Shown here piece after piece: positions 17,729-27,658 of a stretch of DNA of 64,000 nt (positions are counted from its first letter, which is position 1; each line of letters begins with the position of its first letter). The position numbers were made by a program, and so were the translations under genes. The stretch is from Candidatus Beckwithbacteria bacterium GW2011_GWC1_49_16 (GTDB lineage Bacteria; Patescibacteriota; Microgenomatia; UBA1400; CG1-02-47-37), in NCBI GenBank assembly GCA_001029675.1, contig CP011210.1, forward strand, positions 645,663 to 709,662, given 5' to 3'. The notes beneath the pieces are model-generated. The model saw nothing but the letters and a program-made list of their open reading frames with translations. It did not search any database and was not told the DNA's origin.

Positions 17729-18744
17729 TAGCGGCTGACGGTTTTGGGCCAGGAGTAACGGGATTTAACTAGCTGGTAGCCCGACTCCCCCATTTGGGAA
17801 AGGCCCTGGTTTTCTACGGCTTTAGTCATGGCTTCGGTTAAGGCCTCAACGTTGCCCGCATCAATCAGGTAGCCGTTGGTGTCGTTAACCAGTCTAGGGA
17901 CGCTGCCGACGCGAGTGGCGATTACCGGCAATTTGTGGGCCCAGGCTTCAAAAAGAATTAAAGGGTGGCCTTCTTTAAACGAGGGCAAAACCAGGCAATG
18001 GCACCGGAGCAACTCTTTCTCAAGCGTTTGGCGGCTGACCAGTTTCAAGCCCGGGCCGATGAGTTTGAGTTTTACCCCGGGGTGAATTTTTTTCAAGCGG
18101 CTAAAGGCTTGGCGTAAAATATTAATCCCCTTACGGGGTTCGTTTCTGCCGACGAAAAGAAAAGTAAATTGAGAACGTTTTTTAACCGGCTTGAGCCGAG
18201 GAATATCGACTCCGTTTAGGATCAAGTTAATTTTTTTTTGGCTCTTGACCTGGGAGTAGAAGCCAACATCGTCGGTAATTATCAAGTCATAGTTTAAAGT
18301 TTGGCTGATAAATTTTTCTAAGAAACGATAAATGGTGTTGACGGCGCCAAAGCCGATGGCTACCAGCACTTGGGGGGAAAGGTTGACCAATTTAATCAAT
18401 TGAAGCGATAAGCCAGGAAGAAAAGTCGAGACCATAAATAAATCTGGTTTGAACTTGGCCGCATAGACGGCTGACTGCAAGGTAAACCAAACCCGGCCAA
18501 AAAGGTTGGGCCAGGCAAGCGCCGGTCCTAAGCGGATAATTTTGAGCTTGCCGGAAAAAAAGCTTTGGTTTTGGTCAAAAACCTTTCCCTTGGCGTCTTT
18601 AAGGCTCCGAGTGACGACGGTGATTTCACAGCGGTGGTCTTTGACCAAACCGCGGGCAAGCTTTGAAAAAAGCTTTTGGCCGCCGCCGACGACTGGGTGC
18701 CAAGCGTCAGCTAAAATGACGATAGAAAGATCGGGTTTTGGCAT
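17698..18744 (-). CDS. GT4 glycosyltransferase.
   Basis: It has the EGHPLILFEAWAHKLPVIATRVGS motif. Confidence 0.8.
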   Translation of the reverse strand: MPKPDLSIVILADAWHPVVGGGQKLFSKLARGLVKDHRCEITVVTRSLKDAKGKVFDQNQSFFSGKLKIIRLGPALAWPNLFGRVWFTLQSAVYAAKFKPDLFMVSTFLPGLSLQLIKLVNLSPQVLVAIGFGAVNTIYRFLEKFISQTLNYDLIITDDVGFYSQVKSQKKINLILNGVDIPRLKPVKKRSQFTFLFVGRNEPRKGINILRQAFSRLKKIHPGVKLKLIGPGLKLVSRQTLEKELLRCHCLVLPSFKEGHPLILFEAWAHKLPVIATRVGSVPRLVNDTNGYLIDAGNVEALTEAMTKAVENQGLSQMGESGYQLVKSRYSWPKTVSRYYRALISLRQ

Positions 18745-19813
18745 AGATTTTCTGCCACGAGTAACTTTGAGCTAATTTTTTGATCTCTCGCTGTTTTTGT
18801 TGGTAGAGGTTTTTGTCGGAGAGCAAGCGCTTGATCTTGGCGGCTAGATCTTTGGAGTTTTCGGGTTTAAAGAATAAAACGCCTTGACCTTTTTGGGTGA
18901 CTTCCTGATTGATGGCAATGTCAGCCAAAATCGCTGGGGTGCCGACTGCCCCGGCCTCGAAAGTGACTAGACCAAAACCTTCAACCACTGAAGGCAAACA
19001 CAGAAGGTGGGATCGGGTGAGTAAGGTGATCAGTTTTTTTCTGGGCAGGTTTTTTAAAAATTTGACTCGACCACTCAAGCCAAGGCGGACGGCTTGGCGT
19101 TTAAGTTTAGTTTCCAGCGGACCGAAGCCGACGATAATCAGCCGGAGATCCTTAAGGACAGTCCTTCCGGTACCGGGAGGACTGTCCTTACGGGAAATCC
19201 TGACAAAAGCCTCAATTAAATCTTTGACCCGCTTGGTTTTGACTAAACGGGCGACGCAGACCAAGGTGGGCCGGGAAAACTTTTTTAGTTTGGCTCCTGA
19301 AAATTCCTTTAGGTCTACTCCGCCGTGGACGACGGTGATTTTTTCCGGGCTGACACCCTCTCTGACTAATTTTTTCTTGGTGACATGGCTTAAGGCGATG
19401 ATCCCATCCCAGGGAAGTCGTAAACTAACCCACTCTAAAATTAAACCGGGCAGGCCTACAAGCAAACCAAACTCCAGCCAGTTTTGGCCCAAAACGTCGG
19501 GGATCCAGGCGACGGCGGGTTTGCCTTTGACTCTGGCGGCAAAAAAGGCAGGCAAGTAACTGACAACGTTGGAACCTTCGATCAGGTCAAAGTTTTTGTT
19601 TAAGGCTTTAAAAAAAGAAGACCAAATATACCAGAAGCGGGTGATGACCGAAACGGGAGTGGCGGGGATTTGGGCCGAGCGGCTGGAGATGACTGCCACT
19701 TTAAAATCTTTTTGAGCCTTTTTGGCGATATAGTAGGTTCTGGCTTCGACGCCACCGGTAAAAATTAAGTCGGAATCTGCCGGAAAAAACTCGGTCAAAA
19801 AAAGAAGCTTCAT
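18707..19813 (-). CDS. GT4 glycosyltransferase.
   Basis: It has the EGFGLVTFEAGAVGTPAILADIA motif. Confidence 0.8.
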   Translation of the reverse strand: MKLLFLTEFFPADSDLIFTGGVEARTYYIAKKAQKDFKVAVISSRSAQIPATPVSVITRFWYIWSSFFKALNKNFDLIEGSNVVSYLPAFFAARVKGKPAVAWIPDVLGQNWLEFGLLVGLPGLILEWVSLRLPWDGIIALSHVTKKKLVREGVSPEKITVVHGGVDLKEFSGAKLKKFSRPTLVCVARLVKTKRVKDLIEAFVRISRKDSPPGTGRTVLKDLRLIIVGFGPLETKLKRQAVRLGLSGRVKFLKNLPRKKLITLLTRSHLLCLPSVVEGFGLVTFEAGAVGTPAILADIAINQEVTQKGQGVLFFKPENSKDLAAKIKRLLSDKNLYQQKQREIKKLAQSYSWQKIYAKTRSFYRHFS

Positions 19814-20157
19814 TATTTTTTTGTCCGGTCAACGTCCTTTAAGGCAAGGGTTCTCACCAGTTGGGTTAAGTCGTGGCGCAGGTTTTCGAGTAAGATGTTG
19901 GTGCGAAAGATGAGGTAAAAAAGAAGCAAAATCGAGGCGTAGACGACGACGTCGCTGCCGCGGTTGATGCCCAACCAAAAAGCGACAATGGTCGTTAGAT
20001 CCGGCCTGATGACGCCGATAATGGCTAAGATAAACACGGCCAACCAAAAAACAAAGCCGGCGAGAGTCAGGCTGCCGTCTTTAAGGCGCAACAGCACCCG
20101 GGTGACGGCAAAAATTAAAAACAGGCTAAAGATGATTTGAACCGGTAGTAATGCCAT
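19813..20157 (-). CDS. Small four-TM membrane protein, DUF2304-like partner of a GT2 polyprenyl-phosphate glycosyltransferase.
   Basis: It is 114 aa and hydrophobic. It lies immediately downstream of, and overlapping, the Dpm1-like GT2 gene, which is the usual DUF2304 context. Confidence 0.5.
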   Translation of the reverse strand: MALLPVQIIFSLFLIFAVTRVLLRLKDGSLTLAGFVFWLAVFILAIIGVIRPDLTTIVAFWLGINRGSDVVVYASILLLFYLIFRTNILLENLRHDLTQLVRTLALKDVDRTKK

Positions 20158-20158
20158 G

Positions 20159-20848
20159 TCAGCGGAATAATCTTAGCAAAAGCCTGAAGATAATAGCAAA
20201 TACGTTGCCGGGTCTGACCCCTTTTCTTATCGAGTAGGGGGTGTAGATCACCTGAATCGGCACCTCGGTAAAGCGGAACTTATTTCTTTTGATTTCAGAA
20301 AAAAATTCGTTTGAAACCTCCATCCTTTCGGTCTTGAGTTCGAGTTTGTCTATAGCTGGTTTGGAAAAACCCCTGAAGCCCGAGAGGGAATCGGTGGTAT
20401 ACATGCCAAAAATGAGTAAGGTGAATAAATTAAACAGGCGGTTGTTGATTTGGCGCAGCAGCGGCATGCGGCCTTGGGGTTCAAGCAATCTACTGCCGAT
20501 GACGATGTCAGCCTCGCCGGCGATAAGCGGGCGGATGATCTTTTTAATGTCTTCGGGGTCATGCTGGCCGTCGCTGTCTAGAGTGACGGCAAAGTCGGCT
20601 TGCTGCATCCTGGCGTATTTGAGCCCGGTGGACAAAGAGGCGCCTAAGCCGCGGTTGATTTTGTGGCTTAAAACAGTGGCGCCGAATTTTTTGGCAACTG
20701 CGGCGGTTTTGTCTTTAGAGCCGTCGTTAACGACGACGATTTCGGATTTCCCAGGCAGGTTTTTGGCTACCCTTTTGACCCCCTGGAGAGTTTGGCCGAT
20801 GACGCTGGCTTCGTTTAGAGCCGGGAGAATCAAAATTATTTTTTTCAT
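20159..20848 (-). CDS. GT2 Dpm1/GtrB-like polyprenyl-phosphate glycosyltransferase.
   Basis: It has the ILILPALNEA, VVVNDGSKDKT and DSDGQHDPED motifs. Confidence 0.8.
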   Translation of the reverse strand: MKKIILILPALNEASVIGQTLQGVKRVAKNLPGKSEIVVVNDGSKDKTAAVAKKFGATVLSHKINRGLGASLSTGLKYARMQQADFAVTLDSDGQHDPEDIKKIIRPLIAGEADIVIGSRLLEPQGRMPLLRQINNRLFNLFTLLIFGMYTTDSLSGFRGFSKPAIDKLELKTERMEVSNEFFSEIKRNKFRFTEVPIQVIYTPYSIRKGVRPGNVFAIIFRLLLRLFR

Positions 20849-20855
20849 TTTAGTT

Positions 20856-21773
20856 TTACTTTTTCTTAAATGCGGCTATGGTTTGGGCTAAGCCGTCGGC
20901 AAGGCTAGTTTGGGGCCGCCAGCCGAGAGTTTTGTTGGCCAGCTTAAACTCAAATAAACTTTTTTTAATCTCTTCCGGGCGGGCTGATTTTTGAATGAAG
21001 GCTACCCTTTGGTCAATAAGCTTGGCGGTGAGCTTGAGCAGTTGCTTGATGGTAACGGCTTGGTTGGTGCCGATGTTTAAAGTAAAAGATTGCTGCACCT
21101 TGAGGCATAAAACCAGAGCTTCGACCACATCGGCGACAAAGACAAAATCCCTGGTTTGAAGACCGTTGCCGTAGATAATCGGCTTTTCACCGGCGAGCAA
21201 CTTGCTGATAAAAATGGCGACCACTCCTCCTTCGGAGGTGCTTGATTGACCCGGGCCGTAGACGTTGGCAAAACGCAGGATTTTGGTGTCAAAGTGACTT
21301 TGGAATAACTGACAATACTGCTCCCCGGTGAGTTTGGAAATGCCGTAAGGCGAAATGGGCCGGGTCGGGTGGGTTTCGGTGATGGGAAAGGTTTTGGCGT
21401 CGCCAAAGACCGCGGCCGAAGAAGTAAAAATAAACTGGCGGGCGCGAGCTTTTTTGGCCGCGGTAAGCACATTGTAAGTGCCGATGATATTGGAGTTTAA
21501 AGTAGACTTTACCGGGCTGACTACCCGATTGTCGGCGGCCAAGTGGTAGACGGCTTCGGGCCTGACGCGAGTAAAAATGTTAACCAGCTTGGGGTCTTCT
21601 ACCTGGCCGCGGAAAAATTTAACTTTTGCGGGCAGGCTGGTTTTTTGGCCGACAGATAAATTGTCGACGACGGCCAGTTGATGCCCGGCGTCAACCAAGC
21701 GCTTGACCAGGTGGCGGCCGATAAAACCCGCCCCTCCCGTGACTAAAATAGTTTTTGACTTCATGCTACCCAA
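20856..21773 (-). CDS. NAD-dependent epimerase of the UDP-glucose 4-epimerase (GalE-like) family.
   Basis: It has a TGGAGFIG Rossmann motif and YGISK (YxxxK). Confidence 0.8.
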   Translation of the reverse strand: MGSMKSKTILVTGGAGFIGRHLVKRLVDAGHQLAVVDNLSVGQKTSLPAKVKFFRGQVEDPKLVNIFTRVRPEAVYHLAADNRVVSPVKSTLNSNIIGTYNVLTAAKKARARQFIFTSSAAVFGDAKTFPITETHPTRPISPYGISKLTGEQYCQLFQSHFDTKILRFANVYGPGQSSTSEGGVVAIFISKLLAGEKPIIYGNGLQTRDFVFVADVVEALVLCLKVQQSFTLNIGTNQAVTIKQLLKLTAKLIDQRVAFIQKSARPEEIKKSLFEFKLANKTLGWRPQTSLADGLAQTIAAFKKK

Positions 21774-22897
21774 TAGCCTCGGGCAAATCTAATAAAAGCC
21801 CAGGCTGAAAGTGATAAGAAAATGACCGCGGTGACTAATCTCGCTTTCCGGTTGAGCTTGGCAGCCAAAAAGAAAAACAAAGGAAAGCCTGCCAGCGCGT
21901 AGCGGGGCATGGAAGAAAAGCTGCCGGTAAACGTCGGTAAGAGCAAGCTGGGAACAATGAAGGCCAAGTAGCTTAAACGGAACTTTTTGTAGGCGGCCCA
22001 GATGATTAAGCCAAAGAAAAGCAGCGAGATTAAAAACTCAAAAACTAAGACGGGGTAGATTTCATTGCCGGGAGAGACGCCCAAAAACATTTTAAAGTAG
22101 CGGGCCGTGACCTGGTAAGGCATGATGATTTTGTCGACCTGGCGGCCGGCGCCAAAACCGGGTTGGGAATGGATAAAAATGAGAAAGTCGCCAAAGTGTT
22201 TGCCTAAGTAGCCAAGGTACAAAAGCAAGCCGGAAGAGCCTAAAAGCGACAACGAAGCCGCCTTGGGCCAGTTTGACTTTTTAACGGTCCGCCAGTATTC
22301 TATGAGGATGGCCGGGAGTAAAAAAATGCCGACGAGTTTGGTGGCGGAAGCAACGCCGGCAAAAATAACCGAGTAAAAAAACTTTTTTTTGCGGGCCAGA
22401 TAAAGCGCGGCGGCTGATAAAAAGAAAAACAGCGACTCGGTGTAAATGGCAAAGAAGAAAAAGGCGGTGGGAAAAGTCAACAGCAGGATAACCGCCCAGC
22501 GAATTTTATCTTGGGGGTAATCGAGTAATCCGAGTTTGATAAAAAAGTATAAAAATCCTGCCAGGCTGGCTAAAGAAATGATTAAGCCGGTCGCGAGAGG
22601 GTTTGTCAACAATAACCCCAAGTATTTGATCAACAAAGGATAAACCGGGAAAAAAGCTTGAGTCAAACCATACTGGTAGCCGACATGGGCGATGTTTAAG
22701 TAGTGGACGCCGTCAAAGTTGCCCCAAAACCAAAGCCAGTCAGGGGCAGCTTTGGCCAAGACTGATTCCCAGTAGGGAAAACTGCCCTTAAAAGGAATAA
22801 ATTTTATCGCCCAAGAGGCCAAAAGTTCATAGTAAAACCACAGGCTTGCGGCCGACACTAGGGAAAAACGGAAAAGTCGCTTTGAATCTTGGCTCAT
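21761..22897 (-). CDS. Polytopic membrane protein, PIG-V-like mannosyltransferase (GT-C).
   Basis: The motif WGNFDGVHYLNIAHVGY resembles the PIG-V family motif WDG.HYL.IAE.GY. It has about 8 or more TM segments. Confidence 0.5.
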   Translation of the reverse strand: MSQDSKRLFRFSLVSAASLWFYYELLASWAIKFIPFKGSFPYWESVLAKAAPDWLWFWGNFDGVHYLNIAHVGYQYGLTQAFFPVYPLLIKYLGLLLTNPLATGLIISLASLAGFLYFFIKLGLLDYPQDKIRWAVILLLTFPTAFFFFAIYTESLFFFLSAAALYLARKKKFFYSVIFAGVASATKLVGIFLLPAILIEYWRTVKKSNWPKAASLSLLGSSGLLLYLGYLGKHFGDFLIFIHSQPGFGAGRQVDKIIMPYQVTARYFKMFLGVSPGNEIYPVLVFEFLISLLFFGLIIWAAYKKFRLSYLAFIVPSLLLPTFTGSFSSMPRYALAGFPLFFFLAAKLNRKARLVTAVIFLSLSAWAFIRFARGYWVA

Positions 22898-24564
22898 TTT
22901 GGTTTGGTCGGTTTGAGCAACCAGCCGGTTTCTAAAATGATTAAAAGCGCCACTAAACTAACTAAAGATACCGAGTCGCCTAAAATCCGCGCCGGGGTGT
23001 TTTCGGTAAATTTAGTTTCGATCAAGTGTTTGCCGGCGGGGACCTTGAAAGTAATAATACCGGGATACTCGGTTTTTTGATAATCAATCTCTGTCTTCCG
23101 GCCGTCGACGGTCACCTGCCAACCGGGAAAGTAACTGGTACGCTCTAAAACTTCGGTGTCGTCGGGGGCGTCGATTTGATAAAGGTGTTTTTGGGTGTCC
23201 CAGGCCAGTTCCACAAAAGAACTGATACCCCGCAGGTCAAAAAAGTGACCGGGGGTAAGTTTGATATTTTTGTTTTCGTCAAACCAGCGGGGGGTGTTGG
23301 CGCTCATGATCGAGGTATTAAAAGGAAATTCGTAATAGTAGTAATTATCCCAGTTAAACCAACCGCCGGGTTTGGTGGCCAGAGCGGTAACGTAAATTAC
23401 CGCCGCGGCGGTCAAAACCCAGCTAACTTTGGGTATCGATTTAACCACCCAAGCGGACAATCCGGCAGCCGCCAGGGTGGCAAAAGCGAGCAGGCGCCAG
23501 GGAAACTGAACGTAGCGCACCAAGGGTAGAACGCGCCAAACGGGTAAAGACAAGGGGAGCATGGCCAAAACCGACACGACAAAAACCAGGCTAAAAAATA
23601 ACCACAGCGGGTCGATTTTTTTTGACTTGGACCAAGTTTTGACTAAAAGCCAAAAAGAAATTAGGACAATCAGCCAGTGGATCGGGCCCAACTGAAGGCT
23701 CATGTTGTCGTTGGGGCCGGGATAAGAATAGCCAAAACCCCAAGGTGAATAGATCATTTGCTTTAAATTTAGAATGTGATTGGCATATTCCACTTGCATC
23801 TGGTCTAATTGGTCGATGTTGGTGTATTTTTTTTCAAGAAGTGCCGGAGCCCAGAAAAACAAAGTCAGGCCGGCCGCCAGTAAAAAAGATAAAATGACCG
23901 GACTCAAGCGCTTGAACTTTTTGCCGGGCAGGGAAAAAGCATCAGCCAGGCAAAAGGCGGCCAGCACCGGAGCGCCGAAAAGAAACAAAATGTTGTGGGT
24001 TAAGGAAAAGGCGGCCAAGCCTAAAGTGGCGAGCAGAAAGTGGATCTTTCCGGGCTTGGTGATTAACAGGTCAAAAGCCCACAAAAGAGCCGGCAGCGCC
24101 CCCATGGCGACAATTTCGCCGACGGAAAAGCGCACCAGGATATCGAGCATCTGATAGGGAGCGGCGACATACAAAAGTCCGGCGACTAACCCGGCCGAGG
24201 GGTTAAACTTTTTTCTGACGAGCAAAAACCAGAAAAAGCCGCCGATAAACAAACTAAAGATGGCTAAAAGTTTAAAGCTTAACTCAAAATCTGCCCCCAA
24301 AACAACCGGTACCAGTGCCAAAATATAAGGAACGTAGTAGTTAAACAAAAAAACCGGATAGCCGAATTTGTAGTTTAGGTTGGGAGCCCAGCGGACGGGA
24401 AAATGCCAATCGATCGCCGCTAGATGGAAGTTGGCCATGCGGGCAAGATACAATTGGCCGTCGTGAGTTTCGGGAAAACCGGGGCGAAAAAAGGAACGGA
24501 GTAAAATCAGGCTGACGCCCAAGATGACCAAGGCCGGCCAGTATTTAACGAACCAACGTTTCAT
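22894..24564 (-). CDS. Large polytopic membrane protein, putative GT-C glycosyltransferase. It is a paralog of 53487..55100.
   Basis: It is 556 aa. The N-terminal TM segment is followed by FPETHDGQLYL. It has a hydrophobic core and a C-terminal soluble domain. Confidence 0.45.
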   Translation of the reverse strand: MKRWFVKYWPALVILGVSLILLRSFFRPGFPETHDGQLYLARMANFHLAAIDWHFPVRWAPNLNYKFGYPVFLFNYYVPYILALVPVVLGADFELSFKLLAIFSLFIGGFFWFLLVRKKFNPSAGLVAGLLYVAAPYQMLDILVRFSVGEIVAMGALPALLWAFDLLITKPGKIHFLLATLGLAAFSLTHNILFLFGAPVLAAFCLADAFSLPGKKFKRLSPVILSFLLAAGLTLFFWAPALLEKKYTNIDQLDQMQVEYANHILNLKQMIYSPWGFGYSYPGPNDNMSLQLGPIHWLIVLISFWLLVKTWSKSKKIDPLWLFFSLVFVVSVLAMLPLSLPVWRVLPLVRYVQFPWRLLAFATLAAAGLSAWVVKSIPKVSWVLTAAAVIYVTALATKPGGWFNWDNYYYYEFPFNTSIMSANTPRWFDENKNIKLTPGHFFDLRGISSFVELAWDTQKHLYQIDAPDDTEVLERTSYFPGWQVTVDGRKTEIDYQKTEYPGIITFKVPAGKHLIETKFTENTPARILGDSVSLVSLVALLIILETGWLLKPTKPK

Positions 24565-25576
24565 AGACTTTGACTGTTTGGGCGGCGGTTTTGTCCCAGG
24601 TAAATTTTTTAGCCTGATTTAATCCTAGCTTGCTAAGTCTGGTTCGTAAAGCTTGGCTGGTCCAGAGGTTTTGCAGGGCTGGCGCCAGCTGGTTCTCCTG
24701 GGGCTTGATTAAAAGGGCGGCGGAACCGGCAATTTCGGCCAGACTGGTTTCCCGGGAGGTGACTACCGGACAGCCGCAAGCCATGGCTTCCAAAACCGGT
24801 AAGCCGAAGCCCTCGGCGCGGCTTACCTGGGCGTAGCCAGTGGCCAGATTATAAATGGCGACTAAATCACGGGTTGGGACAAAACCTAAGCAGATGATTT
24901 TTTGGGGATGGGCGGCGGCCAAACGCTGAAAGGCAATTAAATCTTTAGTTTCCGGGTGGATGGGGACGTTTTTGGCGACGGCCTGTTTGCCAACGATTAC
25001 CAAGGGGTAATTGAGTTTGAGGCAGGTTTCGGCCAGAAGCGGCAGGTTTTTATTCCAATTGACATCGCCGACATAGAGGATAAATTTTCCGGGCAGGTAA
25101 AACTTGTTTTTAACCCTGGGCAAAACCTTGCCCCTTATGGGCTTAAAGACCGCGTCGGCGGCTAAATAAACCACCGAGGTTTTGGCGGGGTTGACGCCGA
25201 TAAAATTGACGATGTCTTTTTGAGACGCTTTAGAATCGGTGATAATATGGTTGACTTTTTTCAATAAGTGACGGTTGATCTGCCAGATAATAGCCCCTTT
25301 GATTCCGGCAGGAAACTGGCGAGGAAACTTTAGCGGGATCAAATCGTGGACAGTAACCACCACTGGCTTAGGAAAAGTCAAAGGCAAACCAAGTTCAAAG
25401 GGAGTGAACGCCAGGTAGTGAACCAGGTCGACGTCTGCAGGGGCTTTGGCGCTAAAGTCGATGAGCTTGACTTGGCGATTTTTTTTCAGGGCGGTTGACA
25501 GCCTTTGGGTGTAAAAACCCAGGCCGCGAAACTTATGGCCGGAGGTTAAGGCGCTGGTGTTAAGGGCGACGCGCAT
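24545..25576 (-). CDS. GT4 glycosyltransferase.
   Basis: It has the EGFGLPVLEAMACGCPVVTS motif. Confidence 0.8.
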   Translation of the reverse strand: MRVALNTSALTSGHKFRGLGFYTQRLSTALKKNRQVKLIDFSAKAPADVDLVHYLAFTPFELGLPLTFPKPVVVTVHDLIPLKFPRQFPAGIKGAIIWQINRHLLKKVNHIITDSKASQKDIVNFIGVNPAKTSVVYLAADAVFKPIRGKVLPRVKNKFYLPGKFILYVGDVNWNKNLPLLAETCLKLNYPLVIVGKQAVAKNVPIHPETKDLIAFQRLAAAHPQKIICLGFVPTRDLVAIYNLATGYAQVSRAEGFGLPVLEAMACGCPVVTSRETSLAEIAGSAALLIKPQENQLAPALQNLWTSQALRTRLSKLGLNQAKKFTWDKTAAQTVKVYETLVR

Positions 25577-26336
25577 ATCTCTCCCAGAGTTTGATAAAAA
25601 TTACCGGAAAACGCAGAGAAGACATTAGGGCAAAGATAAAACCGGGGAGGCCGTCGACAAAACCTTTGTGCCTGAAGTAGGCTTTAACAAACCAAACAGT
25701 CGGCTTGAAAATAAAATAGGATAAACCCAAGCTAAAACCCGGTTTCTCCTTAAGGCGCGCCAGCTCCGCTGCGTCGAGGTCGGTGTAGCGGTTGAAGCGG
25801 GTTAAATACCGGGCAAAGTTGGGGTCGGCATAGTGGGTCAGGTCGTTTTTTAAGAAACCGACTTTACCTTTAATGACGATTTGCTCGTGAACCGATTTTT
25901 GGGGGAAGTGCCCCCGACCGTTTAAGAATAAGCGGATGACGTAGTCGGGATATTGGCCGCCCTTGGTCAAAAAGCGGCTTAAGAAGAAGTTTTTTCGCGC
26001 CACGTTGTAGCCGGCAAATGGGGTCTTTTTTTGGGTGACGATTTTTTTGATTTCGGCGGCAAGCTGAGGGCTAACTTGCTCATCAGCGTCCAGCTGTAAC
26101 ACCCAGCGGCCGGAAACAAGCTCGACGGCTTTTTGTTTGTTGGTGTGGAACATGGGGTGGTTTTTGACTTTAAATACTTTGGCGCCGAATTTTTTGGCCA
26201 ACTTGCGGGTATCGTCCTCGGAGCTGCCGTCGACGACGATGACCTCGTCTGCCAAACCTTTAATAGATTTGAGGCAGAGAGTAATGTTTTCGGCTTCGTT
26301 GAAGGTGGCCAATACCACTGACAAGGTAGGTTTCAT
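25560..26336 (-). CDS. GT2 glycosyltransferase (WaaE/KdtX-like).
   Basis: It has LSVVLATFNEAENI and the acidic motifs VVDGSSEDDT and DADE. Confidence 0.75.
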   Translation of the reverse strand: MKPTLSVVLATFNEAENITLCLKSIKGLADEVIVVDGSSEDDTRKLAKKFGAKVFKVKNHPMFHTNKQKAVELVSGRWVLQLDADEQVSPQLAAEIKKIVTQKKTPFAGYNVARKNFFLSRFLTKGGQYPDYVIRLFLNGRGHFPQKSVHEQIVIKGKVGFLKNDLTHYADPNFARYLTRFNRYTDLDAAELARLKEKPGFSLGLSYFIFKPTVWFVKAYFRHKGFVDGLPGFIFALMSSLRFPVIFIKLWERYARRP

Positions 26337-26337
26337 T

Positions 26338-27015
26338 TTAGTTGGCTAACCTGTATCTTAAGAGTAAAAATAAGGCGTAGAGTCCGTCACGCCAAGTAAT
26401 TTTTTTGCCCTGGTGGAATTCGCGGCCGGCGTAAGAAATGGGCACCTCAAAAATGCGGTAGCCATGACGGAGTAGCTTAGCGGTAACTTCGGGCTCAAAG
26501 CCAAAGCGGTTTTGGGTAAGCTTTAAAGCCAACATTACCTGGCGAGGAATGAGTTTATAACCGACTTCCATGTCAGACAAAGTAGTGTTATATAAGATAT
26601 TGGTAATAAAAGACAAAAAACGGTTTCCCATCAAGTGCCAGAAAAGCATGTTTTTGTGGGGGCCCAAAAAGCGGGAACCATAAACTACCTCTGCCTTGCC
26701 GGCTAACACCGGTCGGAGTAAATTTTTTATGTCTTGGGGGTCATATTCCAGATCGGCGTCCTGGATTAAGACGTAGTCACCGCTAGCTTGCTTCAGGCCT
26801 GCCCGTATGGCAGCGCCTTTGCCGAGGTTTTCGGTAAAGAAAATCTTGGTAACGCCGGCTAAGTCTTTTAGTTTAACCGTGGTGCCGTCGGTAGAACCGT
26901 CGTCGATGACGATGATTTCCTTAGTTACGGGCAGCTTGGCTTCGCGAACCAACTGCACCATCTTGAGTACGGTAGCCGCTTCGTTGTAGGCGGGGATGAT
27001 AATGGAAAGTTTCAT
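26338..27015 (-). CDS. GT2 Dpm1-like polyprenyl-phosphate glycosyltransferase.
   Basis: It has the LSIIIPAYNEA, VIDDGSTDGT and QDADLEYDP motifs. Confidence 0.8.
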   Translation of the reverse strand: MKLSIIIPAYNEAATVLKMVQLVREAKLPVTKEIIVIDDGSTDGTTVKLKDLAGVTKIFFTENLGKGAAIRAGLKQASGDYVLIQDADLEYDPQDIKNLLRPVLAGKAEVVYGSRFLGPHKNMLFWHLMGNRFLSFITNILYNTTLSDMEVGYKLIPRQVMLALKLTQNRFGFEPEVTAKLLRHGYRIFEVPISYAGREFHQGKKITWRDGLYALFLLLRYRLAN

Positions 27016-27638
27016 AGTAATTTTGATAAATCTTTTTGATTCAAAAGATGGAGTTCAGGGCGGTCGGCGGAGTAAAGAAAATAGTCGGTTTGACCGGTGG
27101 CAGAATTGATTGACTTAAATAAAATTTGCTTGGTGGCATAAAAATAGTCGATAAATTCAAAATCGATTTGCTGATTAATTTTCAGCTCGATGGCCTGAAG
27201 CAAATCGGGAGTAAAGTTGATGACGTAAAATTTGGGGCTGTCAGCAAGGCTCTGGTAGCCGATCAAGCCGTGGACGGGATCAAAAAAATTTAAACTTAGT
27301 TTTTTTAATCTGGCGGCGGCGTCAACGTCGACGATGGCGGGGACGTCTTTTACCAGGCTCCGGTCGTTAGCGTTTAAGACCAGAAAATGACAAAAATCAC
27401 TGCAGGCAACTTCTAGGGACAAATTTGGTTCGGGCAGGGGTGTAACTGGCGGCAGGTAGGCGTGGTTGGTGAGTTGAGGTAGCGCCGAGGCAAAAAACTT
27501 GGGGGCGAAAAAGCGCCTGACGCCTACGGGGGTAAAGTTGGCAAAGACGAATACCTGGTAGAGTAAAAGGAAAATTACGGTAGCCAGGGCAAAAGCAAAA
27601 CCGGCCAAGTTGAGGTATTTAACTTTTTTTATAGGCAT
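27012..27638 (-). CDS. Membrane-anchored hypothetical protein.
   Basis: It has an N-terminal TM anchor, LAGFAFALATVIFLLLYQVFVF, then a soluble domain of unknown family. Confidence 0.4.
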   Translation of the reverse strand: MPIKKVKYLNLAGFAFALATVIFLLLYQVFVFANFTPVGVRRFFAPKFFASALPQLTNHAYLPPVTPLPEPNLSLEVACSDFCHFLVLNANDRSLVKDVPAIVDVDAAARLKKLSLNFFDPVHGLIGYQSLADSPKFYVINFTPDLLQAIELKINQQIDFEFIDYFYATKQILFKSINSATGQTDYFLYSADRPELHLLNQKDLSKLL

Positions 27639-27658
27639 AAGTTATAATCAATTAAGCT

